Source: Prasinococcaceae sp. CCMP 1430 (Eukaryota; Plantae; Prasinodermophyta). From it: a stretch of 64,000 bases of DNA. Under the pieces are notes generated by a model. The model had not been told where the DNA came from. It searched no databases and saw nothing but the letters and a program-made list of their open reading frames with translations. Both the position numbers and the translations under genes were made by a program. This document shows positions 32,969-45,871 of this stretch, piece by piece; positions within the stretch are counted from its first letter, which is position 1, and every line of letters starts with the position of its first letter. The stretch spans positions 18,884 through 82,883 of the forward strand of contig RQSC01001332.1 of the NCBI GenBank assembly GCA_013416795.1, written 5' to 3'.

Positions 32969-33652
32969 TTACAACAAAAGCTCCTTGATGGAGCCGAGGG
33001 CCTCGCGGAGGGCTGTTTTGCCCTCGGCGCTGATGCCGTTGCTCCGGAGGTTGAGCGACTTCAGCGCCGTGTTGGAGCCAAGGCCCTCGCCGATCGCCGC
33101 GGCGCCCTCGGCGCCGATGTTATTCTCGCTGAGGTTGAGCGACTGCAGCGTCGTGTTGGAGCCGAGGCCGTTGCCGATCGCCGCGGCGCCCTCGGCGCCG
33201 ATGTTATTCTCGCTGAGGTTGAGCGACTGCAGCGTCGTGTTGGAGCCGAGGCCGTTGCCGATCGCCGCGGCGCCCTTGTTGCAGATAGCGTTGCCGCCGA
33301 GATCGAGTGACTGCAGCGTCACGTTGGAGCGTAGAGCCTCGCCGATCTTCGTGGCACCCTCAGCGCCGATGGAATTGCCACCGAGGTAGAGTGACTGCAG
33401 CGTCGTGTTTGAGCGCAGGGCGTCGCCGATCTTCTCGGCACCAGCAGCGCCGATGGAGTTGACGTAGAGGTGTAACGACTTTAGCGCTTTGTCGGACTTC
33501 AGGCCGTTGGCAATCGCCTTGGCCCCCTTGTTGCCAATGTAGTTGCTCCCGAGGTTTAGGGACTGGAGTGTCGTGTTGGAGCCGAGGTCCTTGCCGATCG
33601 CCACGGCGCCCGCGGCCCTGATGTGGTTAGTGCTGAGGTTGAGTGACTGCAA
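32969..33652 (-). CDS. RNI/NLRC3-like leucine-rich repeat ORF (eight 28-aa repeats), no in-frame ATG
   Basis: Repeats LQSLNLSENNIGAEGAAAIGNGLGSNTT, as 84-bp DNA units with anchors near 33048, 33132, 33216 and onward to 33636. Confidence 0.75.
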   Translation of the reverse strand: MQSLNLSTNHIRAAGAVAIGKDLGSNTTLQSLNLGSNYIGNKGAKAIANGLKSDKALKSLHLYVNSIGAAGAEKIGDALRSNTTLQSLYLGGNSIGAEGATKIGEALRSNVTLQSLDLGGNAICNKGAAAIGNGLGSNTTLQSLNLSENNIGAEGAAAIGNGLGSNTTLQSLNLSENNIGAEGAAAIGEGLGSNTALKSLNLRSNGISAEGKTALREALGSIKELLL

Positions 33653-34139
33653 TGAAGGCTCGAAGGCGCCTTGGAGCAGCTGAATCTGAATGCTAGCAGG
33701 CAGGCAGAAAGGTCGTCGATGGAGGGGTCAGGAATCGATGCGAAGGAGGTCGAGGCCTTGAAAGAGGCGGTGATCGCTGCCATCGGCGAGGCGACGAGGG
33801 AGCTCTCCGATAAGGCGACCAGGAGGAGCATGCGGGTTAAGAATCAGCGTGTCACAAGCAAGGGCAACAGCACCGCCGTTGGCAATAACTTTGGCAACCT
33901 GGAGGTGAACCACGGCAAAGTCAAGAAGAAGAAGAAAGAAAAGAAGGAGAACAAGAAGAAGGGCGCACGCAATGAGGGGTGGAGAGGTTGACTGAACTTC
34001 GTAGAAAGAGATCTAAACAGAGCGAAGAATATCACTAGAAGGGCACAGAATAAATGAACATCATCGCTCGAGGCTTGCCCGCGCGCGCTCGCGCAGGTCG
34101 CCGAATGAAGAATGCCGCGCGCGCGCGCCCAACCACCAC

Positions 34140-34560
34140 CCCACAGCGGAGGGCCTGCGGAGAGCACGGCTGCTGTGCACGACGCACGCCTGCGCTCTGC
34201 CGATTCTCTTGACGGCGTAGCAGGCAGGAGGCTGGCAAAACGAGCGCGTAGAACTCGTCGTGCCTGAAAGGAGCGCCGGTACCGCTGGCGGAGACATGCA
34301 AGCCCGCATGAACAAGCTCGAACGCAAGCTCGACATGGTGCTCGCCGCCCTCGTTAGCCGGCCGGGTAGCGGCGGTGCGGGCCAGGAAGGTAACAGTCAA
34401 GCGGGGGCGTCTAGTGGCGCTGTCGCTGACGGCGCTGGCTTCGGTGCCGTGGACGGTAGCGCTGCTGGCGGCGGTGCGCGTAGCGAGGAGGCTGTGTACG
34501 GCAGCGCTGACTGTGGCTTAGGCGTTCAGTTGAGGCTTACAACAAAAGCTTCGCGTTGGT
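34140..34560 (+). repeat. Diverged duplicate of about 32575-32990 (patatin 3' tail, spacer and LRR stop region)
   Basis: Collinear anchors with offset about 1565: cacagcgga, gtgcacgacgcacgc, gcccgcatgaacaagctcga.cgcaagctcgacatggtgctc, gtggacggtagcgctgctggcggcggtgcgcgtagcga, gaggcttacaacaaaagct. Confidence 0.92.
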
Positions 34561-34780
34561 ACCGAGGCCCTTAGGTTGAGCGACTGCAGCGCCGTGTTAG
34601 AGCCGAGCCCCTTGCAGATTGTCGCGATACCCTTGATGCTTATGCGGTTTTTGCTCATGTTGAGCGACTGCATTGTCGAGTTGATGCCGAGAACCGTGCC
34701 GGTTGTTGCGGCGCCAACGGCGCCGATCTTTTTTCGCTTAGGTCGAGCGACTGCAGTGTCGTGTTGGATCCGCGCGAAAG
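34537..34780 (-). pseudogene. Degenerate LRR gene fragment (paralog of 32969-33652)
   Basis: Three 82-84-bp units with gttgagcgactgca/gtcgagcgactgca anchors (about 34575, 34659, 34741); frame disrupted and terminal unit largely deleted. Confidence 0.8.
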
Positions 34781-34959
34781 CTACGGACGGTCTCGCGTCC
34801 GTGGATGGGTTTCCCCCCCCCCCCGTCGAGCAAAAGGTGAGACTATCTCTCTCTCTCTGTCTCTCGTGCTCTCAGGCAGCACGCGCGCGCGCGCGCGCTC
34901 ACGCCCCGACGCCGCGCTGTACGGCAGCCAAGCCGGAGGAGCCTTCTCAATCGGTACTT

Positions 34960-37804
34960 TTACGACGTGGTAAAAAAGCCCGCCATGCACAGCACGCCGT
35001 CCATGAGCTCACCCACGCGCCCCCACGCGCTCGCCGTCGCTCCGTGCAGCTCGCCGCACGCCTCGCGCAGGTCGGCGCGGCTCCCCAACACCTCGGCGTG
35101 CGTGGCCAGTAGGCGCGCGAGCAGCGCCTGCACAAGCTCGAAGTTGCCGCCGCGCTCCGTCTCGCGGCGCAGCATCGCCAGCACGGTGCCGAGCGCCTCG
35201 CGCGTGGCGACGTCGTCGCCCACCACCTCCAGCTCGGCGATGGCCGCGTCGAGCTCCCCCGGCGAGAGCGCCCGCAGCTCCTCCAGCGCCTCGCCGCCGT
35301 CCGCCTCGTGTGCGCGCGCGAGCGCCGCCAGCCGCAGCGCGCCCGCGCCCTCGACGCCCGGCGCGACCCTCCGCACGCGCTTGTTGGCCGGCGCCGGGTC
35401 AGTATCGTCCTCGTCCTCCATATCGCCGTCGCCGTTCTGGTCCGCCCCCCCCACACCAAAGAAGCTCACCGCCGCGTCCACCGCTCCCGCCGCGTTGCCG
35501 CTGGTGGCCTTTTCCAGGTCGCCAAGCCCCGGCAGGAAAAAGGGCGCGCTCTCCGGCTTGGACACGGCCTCGGCGGGCTTGGAGCGCGCGCGGATCTCGT
35601 CGAGGCGCACGAGCCCCTGCCACTTCGCCTTGGCGAGCATGCCGAGCGTGACGGCGCCGCCCTCCAGCGGCTCGGGCCCGGCGCCTTCGTTGGCGTTCGC
35701 CCCCCCGAGCTCGGCCTCGGCGGCGTCGAGGATGGCGCGGCCGTCCAGGGCGTCCTCGTCGTCGGCGCCGTCCACCTCCACGCCGTCGCTGTCACTCCCA
35801 GGGTCGCCGGCCAGCCCGAGCGCCTCGTCGTCGGAGTCGAGCGCCACGCCGTCCGTGCGCGCCCACCCGGACTCGCCCGCGGCGTCGTCGCCCCCCTCCT
35901 CGCCGTCGTCCTCGCCCGCGCCCACCTCGGGCATGGCCACGCGCCGCCGCATCCTCGCGCTCGCCCCCTCGCCGCCGCCGTACACCTCCGAGTTCGCCCA
36001 CAGGTAGACGGCGCGCTGCTCCGAGTGGGCGGTGGCCATCGCCGCGCCGTTGGGCGAGAGCGCCACGGCGACGGCGGGGCTCGCCAGCCGCATGACGTCC
36101 CTGCACGACGAGGCCTGCACGTCCCACACGCGCACGGTGGCGTCCATGGCGGCGCTCACCACCAGCCGCGCGTCGGCGGAGAAGGCCAGCGCCGTGGGCC
36201 TGTCAACGTGGCCGCCGAAGCGCCGCACCACGCGCGGCGCGTGCGGGGCGGCGTCCACCACGCGCACGTCCAGGTCGGCGCACGCCACCGCCAGCAGCCG
36301 CGCCGACGCGTGCCACGCCGTGCACACGGGCGCCGCGGGCAGCGGCAGCAGCGCGCGCAGCCGTCGCGATCGGAAGGCCCACACCTTCACCTCCCCCCCC
36401 ACGCCGGCGCCGCCGGCCTCGCCCGCGCACACCGCCACCGACGCCGCCACGCGGTTGGCGGCGCACGCGTGCACGCCGACCACCGCGCCGGCGTGCGCCG
36501 CGTTGTCCGTCCCCAGCCGCGCGTCGGCGTACGAGCCGCGGTGCGCGCCGCTCTGCACGTTGAAGCGCTCCACGCGCCCGCCCTCGGTGCCCAGCAGCGC
36601 GTAGTTGCCGCACGCGCTCATGCACACGCAGCTCACGGGCCGCAGCCTGAGTTTTTGGAGAAAGAAGGTGCGTGTGTGTCAGTGCAGCAGTCTTCGTCAG
36701 CATCACAGACGCACACCGACATGTTCCTCAGCGCGACATTCGCGCGCACTCGCGCGCATTCGCGCACCTCTTGCCCGGGGGCGTGAGCACGTGCTCGCCC
36801 ACCGCCAGCTTGTCCAGCCGCCAGGTGTACGCCGACGTGGCCCCCTTGTGCGCGGTGACGCAGCTCGCCCAGTCGCGCTCGCGCGCGGCGCACGCGGCGA
36901 GCGCGCGCACGGGCGGCAGGCGCAGCTCGGCCTCGGAGACGCCCAGCTTGCGCGCGCGCGCCGTGACGCCGCCCTGCGACACCTCGCGCGACTGGTGGTC
37001 CTGGAAGGTGGAGAGCGCGCGCAGCGTGCGGTCGTCGCCAGCCGAGAGCAGCCAGCGCCCCTCGATGCCGTGGTACGCCAGGTGGCGCGGCGGCGCGGCG
37101 TGGCCGCAGCGCGAGCGCAGCAGGCGCGCCGCGGCGCCGTGCGCGGCGTCGGCCTGCGTGCTCCCGAAGGCCCACTCGCGCAGCGCGTTGTCGCTCCCCG
37201 CCGACAGCAGCATGCACTCGGCGGCGGCGCCCGACGCGGCGCGCAGCGCGTGCAGCGCCGTCACGGCGCCGTCGTGCGCCTCCTTGATGACTCNGTCGTG
37301 CAGCGCCACGCGCCCGTCGGCGAGCCCCGCGGCCACCACGTCGAGCGCGGGCGCCGCCACGAGCGCGCGCACGCCCGCGCCGCCGAAGGCGTCGAAGGTG
37401 TACAGCTTTCGCCGCGTGGCGACGTTCCACAGCTGCATGGCGCCGTCGGCGCCGCCCACCAGCACCTTGTTCAGGTACGTGGGCGGGTGGCACAGCGCCG
37501 TCGGGACCATGCCGCCCAGGTCGATGACGAACTCCGGCTCGATTTCGGTCGGGGGCGACTTGCGCGGTGCGCCGGCGCCGTCGCCCGGCGCGGGCGCGCG
37601 CGGCACCGCCCACGCGAGCAGGCTTCCGTCCCTCGCCGCGCCGAGCAGCATGTCCGCATCCACTCCTCGACCTTCATCGAGGCGATGCCAGCGCCGGCTG
37701 CGAGGGCGCCTGCGGTGAGCAGCGCGCCCGAGGGGCTCCCAAGTGGCGCGCTGAGCACATCCGCCGCCCCGCCGCCGCCCGCTGCGCGCGCCGCCGCGCC
37801 ACCC
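34960..37804 (-). CDS. UTP21: WD-repeat U3 snoRNP protein UTP21/WDR36; 5' end lost at N
   Basis: ALCHPPTYLNKVLVG, QLWNVATRRKLY, SACGNYALLGTEGGRVERFNVQSG, WD repeats and a C-terminal KPESAPFFLP. Intron about 36648-36766; single Ns at 37294 and 37805. Confidence 0.93.
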
Positions 37805-38725
37805 NATACGTACATTTGAAGGCACACGCACACACATGCATTTCAAACTCATCGACATCTGCATTCACACTGGCCAAGATAGAAACATTTAATTTGGATT
37901 GACCAAGATCTGGTGAAGGTCATAATGAATGTCCTTTGTGTTTGTAATGGAGTTTGATATGGGGTTTGTACGCGCATTAGCATTAGGGCACGCCGCGCGA
38001 GGCGGGCCTGGGGCCCCGCCAGGCGCGGGCTCGGCAGGGGAGGAGGGTGTGGGTGTGTATGCCGGCGTACGGCACACTGCGCGCGGCGAGCAGGCGAGCG
38101 GGCAGGCGGGCGGCGTCGCGCCGCTCGCCGGCCGCGTCCTTCGCCTTCCCTTGCCTCGCTGGCCGCTCGTTCCTGCGACCGCGGGCGCGGGCGAGAGGTG
38201 CGCGCGCGAGAGAGGGGAGCGGCGGCTGCGGCGGCTGCGCTCGCGCCGGGGGTCTGCGTGCGCTGCCGCCGTGCGTGCGCCCTCCTCTGCCTCGCGGCTG
38301 CCGCCGCCGCAGCGACGCGCGGGGGGCTCGCGTGCGCGCTGAGCTTGGCGCCCTCGCGCCGTGGCGCCCACGCGCCGTCTTTCCTTTTCATTTTGCGACC
38401 TCTCCGAGACGTGATGTTGCGTTGCTGCAAGCAATGCTGGCACCAGACTCGAGTCGCGGGCACCAACAACAACAACACGCCCGCGGCGGTGACGATCAAC
38501 TTTGGCTGACTGATCCCGGACGTCGACGAACTCGACGCGCCCCGCGCGCGGGCCGCCGCGCGCGACGCGTGAAATGAGCGCGCGTGGCCGCACCGCCGCG
38601 CGTGCGATGCAGCCACTCCCCGGCGAGCCCGGCGCTGACTCGCCGCGCTCACCACGCGCACGCGCGCGCGCACGCACACGCGCGCTTCTTCCCCGTCGCA
38701 CATCACGTTGCCAGCCAGCGCAGCC

Positions 38726-38962
38726 ATGGGCTGCGCGCGCGACGAGCTCGAGGGCACCTCCACGGTGTCCGAGCTCCGCAAGCACGTCGACGACTTCCGC
38801 AAGGCGTCGATGGAAGAGCACACCAAGTGACTCAAGGACACGCTGGGCTCGCTCTTCGGCGCGCTCGGCGGCGGCTCGGCCGCGACGTCCGACAAATCGG
38901 CGACCGCTGCCGCTGGCACCGTGGCCCTGGACCTGCGCGCCAACGCACCGCCCGGGGCGTAG
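38726..38962 (+). CDS. Small (78 aa) candidate selenoprotein with in-frame UGA at codon 35
   Basis: gccATGG start; MGCARDELEGTSTVSELRKHVDDFRKASMEEHTK-TGA(38828-38830)-LKDTLGSLFGALGGGSAATSDKSATAAAGTVALDLRANAPPGA-TAG. GC3-biased codons on both sides of the TGA; SECIS-like element downstream. Confidence 0.72.
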
Positions 38963-39091
38963 GAAGCGCGGGCGCCGACGGCGCTCCTGCAGCACATGCG
39001 CACGTATTCGTCCGCAGGGCCACGCACGCACAAAGACGCAGGCGCACGCGCGAACGCGCCCGCATCCGCCGACCGCCAAGCAGCACGACGC

Positions 39092-39150
39092 ATGACGGGA
39101 GCTCTTCGCACAGAGCCGGCTCGCATCGAGCCGGCGGCGGGCCCCCCGAG
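39092..39150 (+). promoter_or_regulatory. SECIS-like stem-loop (type II, with apical mini-stem) in the 3' UTR
   Basis: A-UGAC (39092-39096) ... CGAG (39147-39150) quartet. An 11-13-bp helix GGGAGCUCUUC / GGCGGGCCCCC with 2 mismatches. A perfect apical mini-stem GCCGGCUCG-cau-CGAGCCGGC. The canonical AA is missing and helix I is weak. Confidence 0.55.
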
Positions 39151-40490
39151 CGACCGCCGGCCGACTCCTATCGCCACACCGCGAGAGTCGCCGGCGGGTG
39201 TGCCCGACGCCGAGGCACGGCGGCGCCCCTTCGCTCCAAGGCATGCGTGCGCGTCGTGGGAGGAGAAATGAGCGCGTGCGCCATTCAGGGCTGTGCGCCC
39301 TCTCCGTGGGAAGGTGCGGACGCGAGCTCGCGCGCGTGCGCGTCCCCAACGCGTTGGGCATCGTGCGGGCGGGCGGGGAAGGGTGTGCTCGGGGTGCTGC
39401 AGCACACGCCGGCGCAGGATGGGACTTGTGCGTGCGTGTGCGCGTGTGTGAGGCCGCTCTCGCGCTGCTCGCGCGCGCGCGCAAGCCCGTTGTCACGCCG
39501 GTCGACCTTCTTCCCACGGTCGTCTCGGCCCTCAAACTTTGTTATTTGGGCGAGAGCGAAGGGGGGCGCTAACTAAGCTTCGGTGCGGTTGGGGCCGCGG
39601 CAGGTGCCGCGCGCCCCGGGCCGTCCGCACACGTTGCGTGCCAATGTGTCCACACTCTTGACTCCCTCTTCTTCCTTGGGAGGCGCGCCCCAGCCGTGTG
39701 CGTGCGAGCGTTTGCTTCCGCCCTTGTCGCTGGCCGTCGGCTGACCGCACCGCCTCGATCGCGCGCGCGCAGGGCGCGCAGCCACCACCGCCGGCGCGAG
39801 CTCCTCTCCGCCTCGCGCCCACCACTCGAAGTTGTAACGTTTTGTACCCTACTACTACGACGTGCGCGCGTCCCTCTGCGCGCTGTGTGTTGTTGTGTCT
39901 TCTTCTCTGGGTGTGTGTCAGCGTTTGTGTGGTCGCAGGGCACAATCGCAGCCGTACCGTTGTGCTGACTGGAGTCCCAGGTCTGCCGCTTTGGAGGGCA
40001 TCATGGAGGCGCGGGCGTGCCACATCGCGCACGCGCGCGATCGAGGGGCGGTCTGGCGCGCGCGCGCGCGTGCGTGCGGGCTGGCGGGGCGCTGCGGCCG
40101 GGCAGCACGCACGCCAAGATCGCGGTCGCGCGTGGAAGTTGCTGGCGAACGCCTGTTGGTGCCACATTATGCGCGCCACGCACGCGCGGAGGAGTGTCTC
40201 GAGGGTGGGGTAGGGGGGCTCTCTTCGCCGAGCCGCGCGCTGGCGTGCTGCTCGCAGGCACGCGAGCGCTCGTGCTGCGCGCAGCGCTCGTGCGCGAGGA
40301 CGGACACACGTGTGTGCACACACGCGCCCCCCAGAGCATCCCTGTCTCTCTCGCGCGCGTGCGCAAGCGAGCCCCCCCGCGCGCGCGCCGAGCTTGACGT
40401 GTGGTCTTAGAATAGGGTCGATCCTCACTTACAGGGCCGCGATCGCGGCGACAAGGCAGGGGCGTTTCGCGCTGTGAGCAATCTCTGCGC

Positions 40491-41534
40491 TTAGAACATC
40501 TCCTCCTCCTGGTGGGTCATGATGGTGCAGTCCGACGAGGGGTACGCCACGCAGGTGAGCACGAAGCCCTCGCCCATCTGGTCGTCGTCAAGGAACGACT
40601 GGTCCGACTGGTCGATCTCGCCGGCGGTGACCTTGCCCGCGCACGACGAGCAGGCGCCCGCGCGGCACGAGTAGGGGAGGTCGATGCCCTCCTCCTCGGC
40701 CTTGTCGAGGATGTACATGTCCTCGGGGCACTCGATGGTCTGTTAAGCGTGTGCAGAAGAGGAAGGCCGGCCGTCAGCGCGCGCTCGCACAGAGGCGGAG
40801 AGGTGCGCGCAAGACGTGGCGCTCGCGCCTGGGGACTCGACGCGAGGGGTGCCTGCGCCGGGGGGCGCCGACAGCGGCGCGCGGCGCGAGCGAGGCGCCG
40901 CGCGGCGGCGGAGCGGCGGCGGCCGCCGGCGAGGGTTTCTCCCGCGGGGTTTTGCGCGCGCGCGCGCGCGGCCCCGATCGGTTCGGAGTGCAGGGCACCT
41001 CCCCACCCAACGCGATCGCGATCGCGATCGAGGGCCTCGCGAGCACCGCGGCGCCCTCCGCGAGGACCCTGATCCCCCCCGAGACCGCGCGCGATCGCCG
41101 CCCGCGCGCGCGCCTGCGCGCGCGCCCCCGCGCCCGAGATCCCGCCGCCCAAGCGCATCACCGAGGCGGCGACGAGCTCCGCCCTAGGCATGGCCCACGA
41201 CGCGAAACCCATCACCCCACTCCCCACGCGCGGCGCGTCGCACGCCATCCCCGACATCTCCCCTCCCCCCTTACGAGCGCACACAAGCACCCCGCTCCCC
41301 CCACAGCCACCAGCGGCCGCTCGCGCGGGCGCTCCCCGCGCTCGCCGCGCTCCCCGCCGCGCTCTCCGCGCCCCTCACCTGCTCGCCGTCGGGCGTCACC
41401 AGCGTCACGGTGTACATGGCCGTCACCGAGCGCGCGTTCACCGGCTTGAGGCCGAAGCGCGCCGAGGCGCGCGGCGCGCGGAGCGCCACGGGGCGGGCGG
41501 CGAGCGACATCGAGGAGAGCTGGGCGGCGGCCAT
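40491..41534 (-). CDS. PETF: Plastid [2Fe-2S] ferredoxin (photosynthetic type)
   Basis: Exon 41534-41379 (transit peptide + [12 protein letters not shown]) and exon 40739-40491 ([33 protein letters not shown]...FVLTCVAYP). Confidence 0.97.
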
Positions 41535-41949
41535 TGTGTGTGGAGGGTGTGTGTGTGCGTGTGGTGAGGTGTGGCGCGTGCTCGCCACGCGCCACTCACG
41601 TCACCCGCGCGTGGCACACACACGCTCCCTCGCCATCCCCGAAACCCCTTTGAAATTACTGACGTAAAATCCATGATATGCATACGCATGCGTAATCAGA
41701 GAAAAAACGCGGTTGAGGAGTGACGAATTCGCGGCTTCCGCGGGGCGCGCGCCGCCCCCGCCCACGCGCGCGCGCACGCGAGCACACACACATACAATCG
41801 ATGATGAGCAGCTTGAGCGACTTGGCGCGCGCGCGCCCCGCTCGGATCATAATCGCGGTTTAATTTCAAGTATGCAAAAACCGCTGAATGCGTCCCTAAA
41901 AATATATAATAACATGTACATGAAGGTGTGCGTTTTTAGTATTTCAGAG

Positions 41950-42440
41950 TGCCATTCCGTCGATCACGTGGCCACCCCTGGCGCCGGCCCGGCCGGCCGC
42001 CGCGGGCCACACGCGCCACCGAAACATCGGATTGGATTTGAAAACGAAATTACAGCGTGAAACAGACGCATGTAAGGTCTAAGCATGAGACAATGCCGGC
42101 GGGCGGGGGTGCATTTGGAGCGCGTTCCTCCGCGAAGCGCACGCCCGCGCGCGCGCGCGCGACGCGCGCCAAAACCGCAGTTCGGTTTCAAGATGTACAT
42201 AACGCCGTTAAAATCTTGACTTCGAAATGCATTATGAACTTCCATTGCGACAAGCGGAGGTGGATTTGGACGGCCGCCCTCCGCGAAGCGGCGCGCGCGC
42301 GCGCCGTCGTCGCGAAACCCGCAGAACGATTTTAGGAGCTTCAAAACTTCGTGAAAATCACGAGCCCAAAATGCATTAAGACCTTGACTTGCGTGCAGCT
42401 GAGGCTTATTTGGAGCCGAGCGCTCCGCGAAGCGGCTCGT
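41950..42440. repeat. Degenerate tandem repeat, unit about 143-151 bp
   Basis: ATTTGGA...CTCCGCGAAGCG at 42113/42128, 42264/42279 and 42408/42423; AAATGCATTA at about 42225 and 42368; AAA(A/C)CCGCAG at about 42171 and 42314. Confidence 0.75.
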
Positions 42441-43603
42441 TTAGCGGATGAGGCTCGGCGGCTCGCGCGCCGCACCGCGGTCTCGCGCGACGACATTAAG
42501 GGTACGGATACAGGGTTTATATGATTCATCAGATCGCATTGGAAAGCTGCGAGGTTTTGAGGGAGAGTTTGGGGGCGCGTGGCGCAGCAGCGAGCCTCGC
42601 CCGCGGCCGGGGCCCCGGAGGGCGGAGCCCCCGTCCGGCCCTGCTCTGCTCTCGCCGGCTGAGGGCCCCCCCGCCCGCGTGGCGCCGGCTGCCGCGTGCG
42701 CGTGTTTTGTTTTCGTTTGCGCGTGGGCGTGGGCGAACGTGCGGCGACGGCGCGGCTCAAGGCGACGAGGCTCGCTGCCCTCTGCTCCGCGCTGGCACCG
42801 CGCCACACGCAGTCACGCACGCATGGACGTGAGTGACATGAATGTGCTGTGCCCACGCGACTTTTTATCCGCGTTAACTATATTTATGTATGCAAAATAG
42901 ATGCATATTCGACGGTTCCTTAAGAATTGGGTTGCGCTACAATGTGTTTATTATTTCTCCGTGAAACCCTCGGATGGGAATGTTGAGAATGAAAAGTGTA
43001 TACAAACACACATATTCGACGGTTCGTAATTTTTCGACGTCTCTAACGCGAATTGGCTCGGGGCCCGCCTCGGCGTGCGCCCGCCCGCAGGGGAGTCCCT
43101 CGGCGGCGCGCGTGCGGACGTTGAGGTTATGCGTTTGGGGTTTGTGTGCGCGTGCGTCGAAAGGGTCCACGAAAAGGCGGATTACACACTCGAATTTCAA
43201 ACCGCGATATGTGGCGTGGTCCGAAATACGTGCATGTGTATATCAGGGGCGACAATGGAATCCATTTTTATACGGAATATATATTTGTCAAAAATTCTTC
43301 GAACTCCGAGATACAAACACGTTTGATTATGGAATTTATTGAATGGAGTCCACGGCAATGTCACGGAACCCAAAAGCGGATCGCGCGCATGTGGCGCGAG
43401 TGCGCGAGCGCGAGTGTGTGTGTGTGTGTGTGTGTGCGTGTGTGTGTGCGTGTGTGTGCGCGTGTGTGCGTGTGTGTGCGTGTGTGTGTGAGCGTGAGCG
43501 TGTGCGTGTGCGTGTGCGTGTGCGTGTGCGTGTGCGTTGGCGTGTGAACGACCTCGCGCCGGGCCACACACCGCGCGCCGCGGCGACACCCACGCACGCA
43601 TCC

Positions 43604-45871
<2,268 letters not shown>

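Noticed and set aside
32985-33650. Regular 84-bp repeats as a possible CRISPR array
   Set aside because: They encode in-frame 28-aa LRR units, have no unique spacers, the sequence is eukaryotic and there are no cas genes.
28339-33652. Patatin + LRR as a bacterial-style anti-phage or NLR operon
   Set aside because: Eukaryotic context, convergent orientation, no NACHT/NB-ARC domain, and the patatin matches the conserved plant PLA-I type.
39267-39320. Second ATGA downstream of the selenoprotein candidate as an alternative SECIS
   Set aside because: No correctly placed 3' GA partner or helix.
41802-41888. Second ATGATGA...CTGA candidate snoRNA
   Set aside because: No convincing terminal stem, D'/C' boxes or guide; it would need snoscan support.
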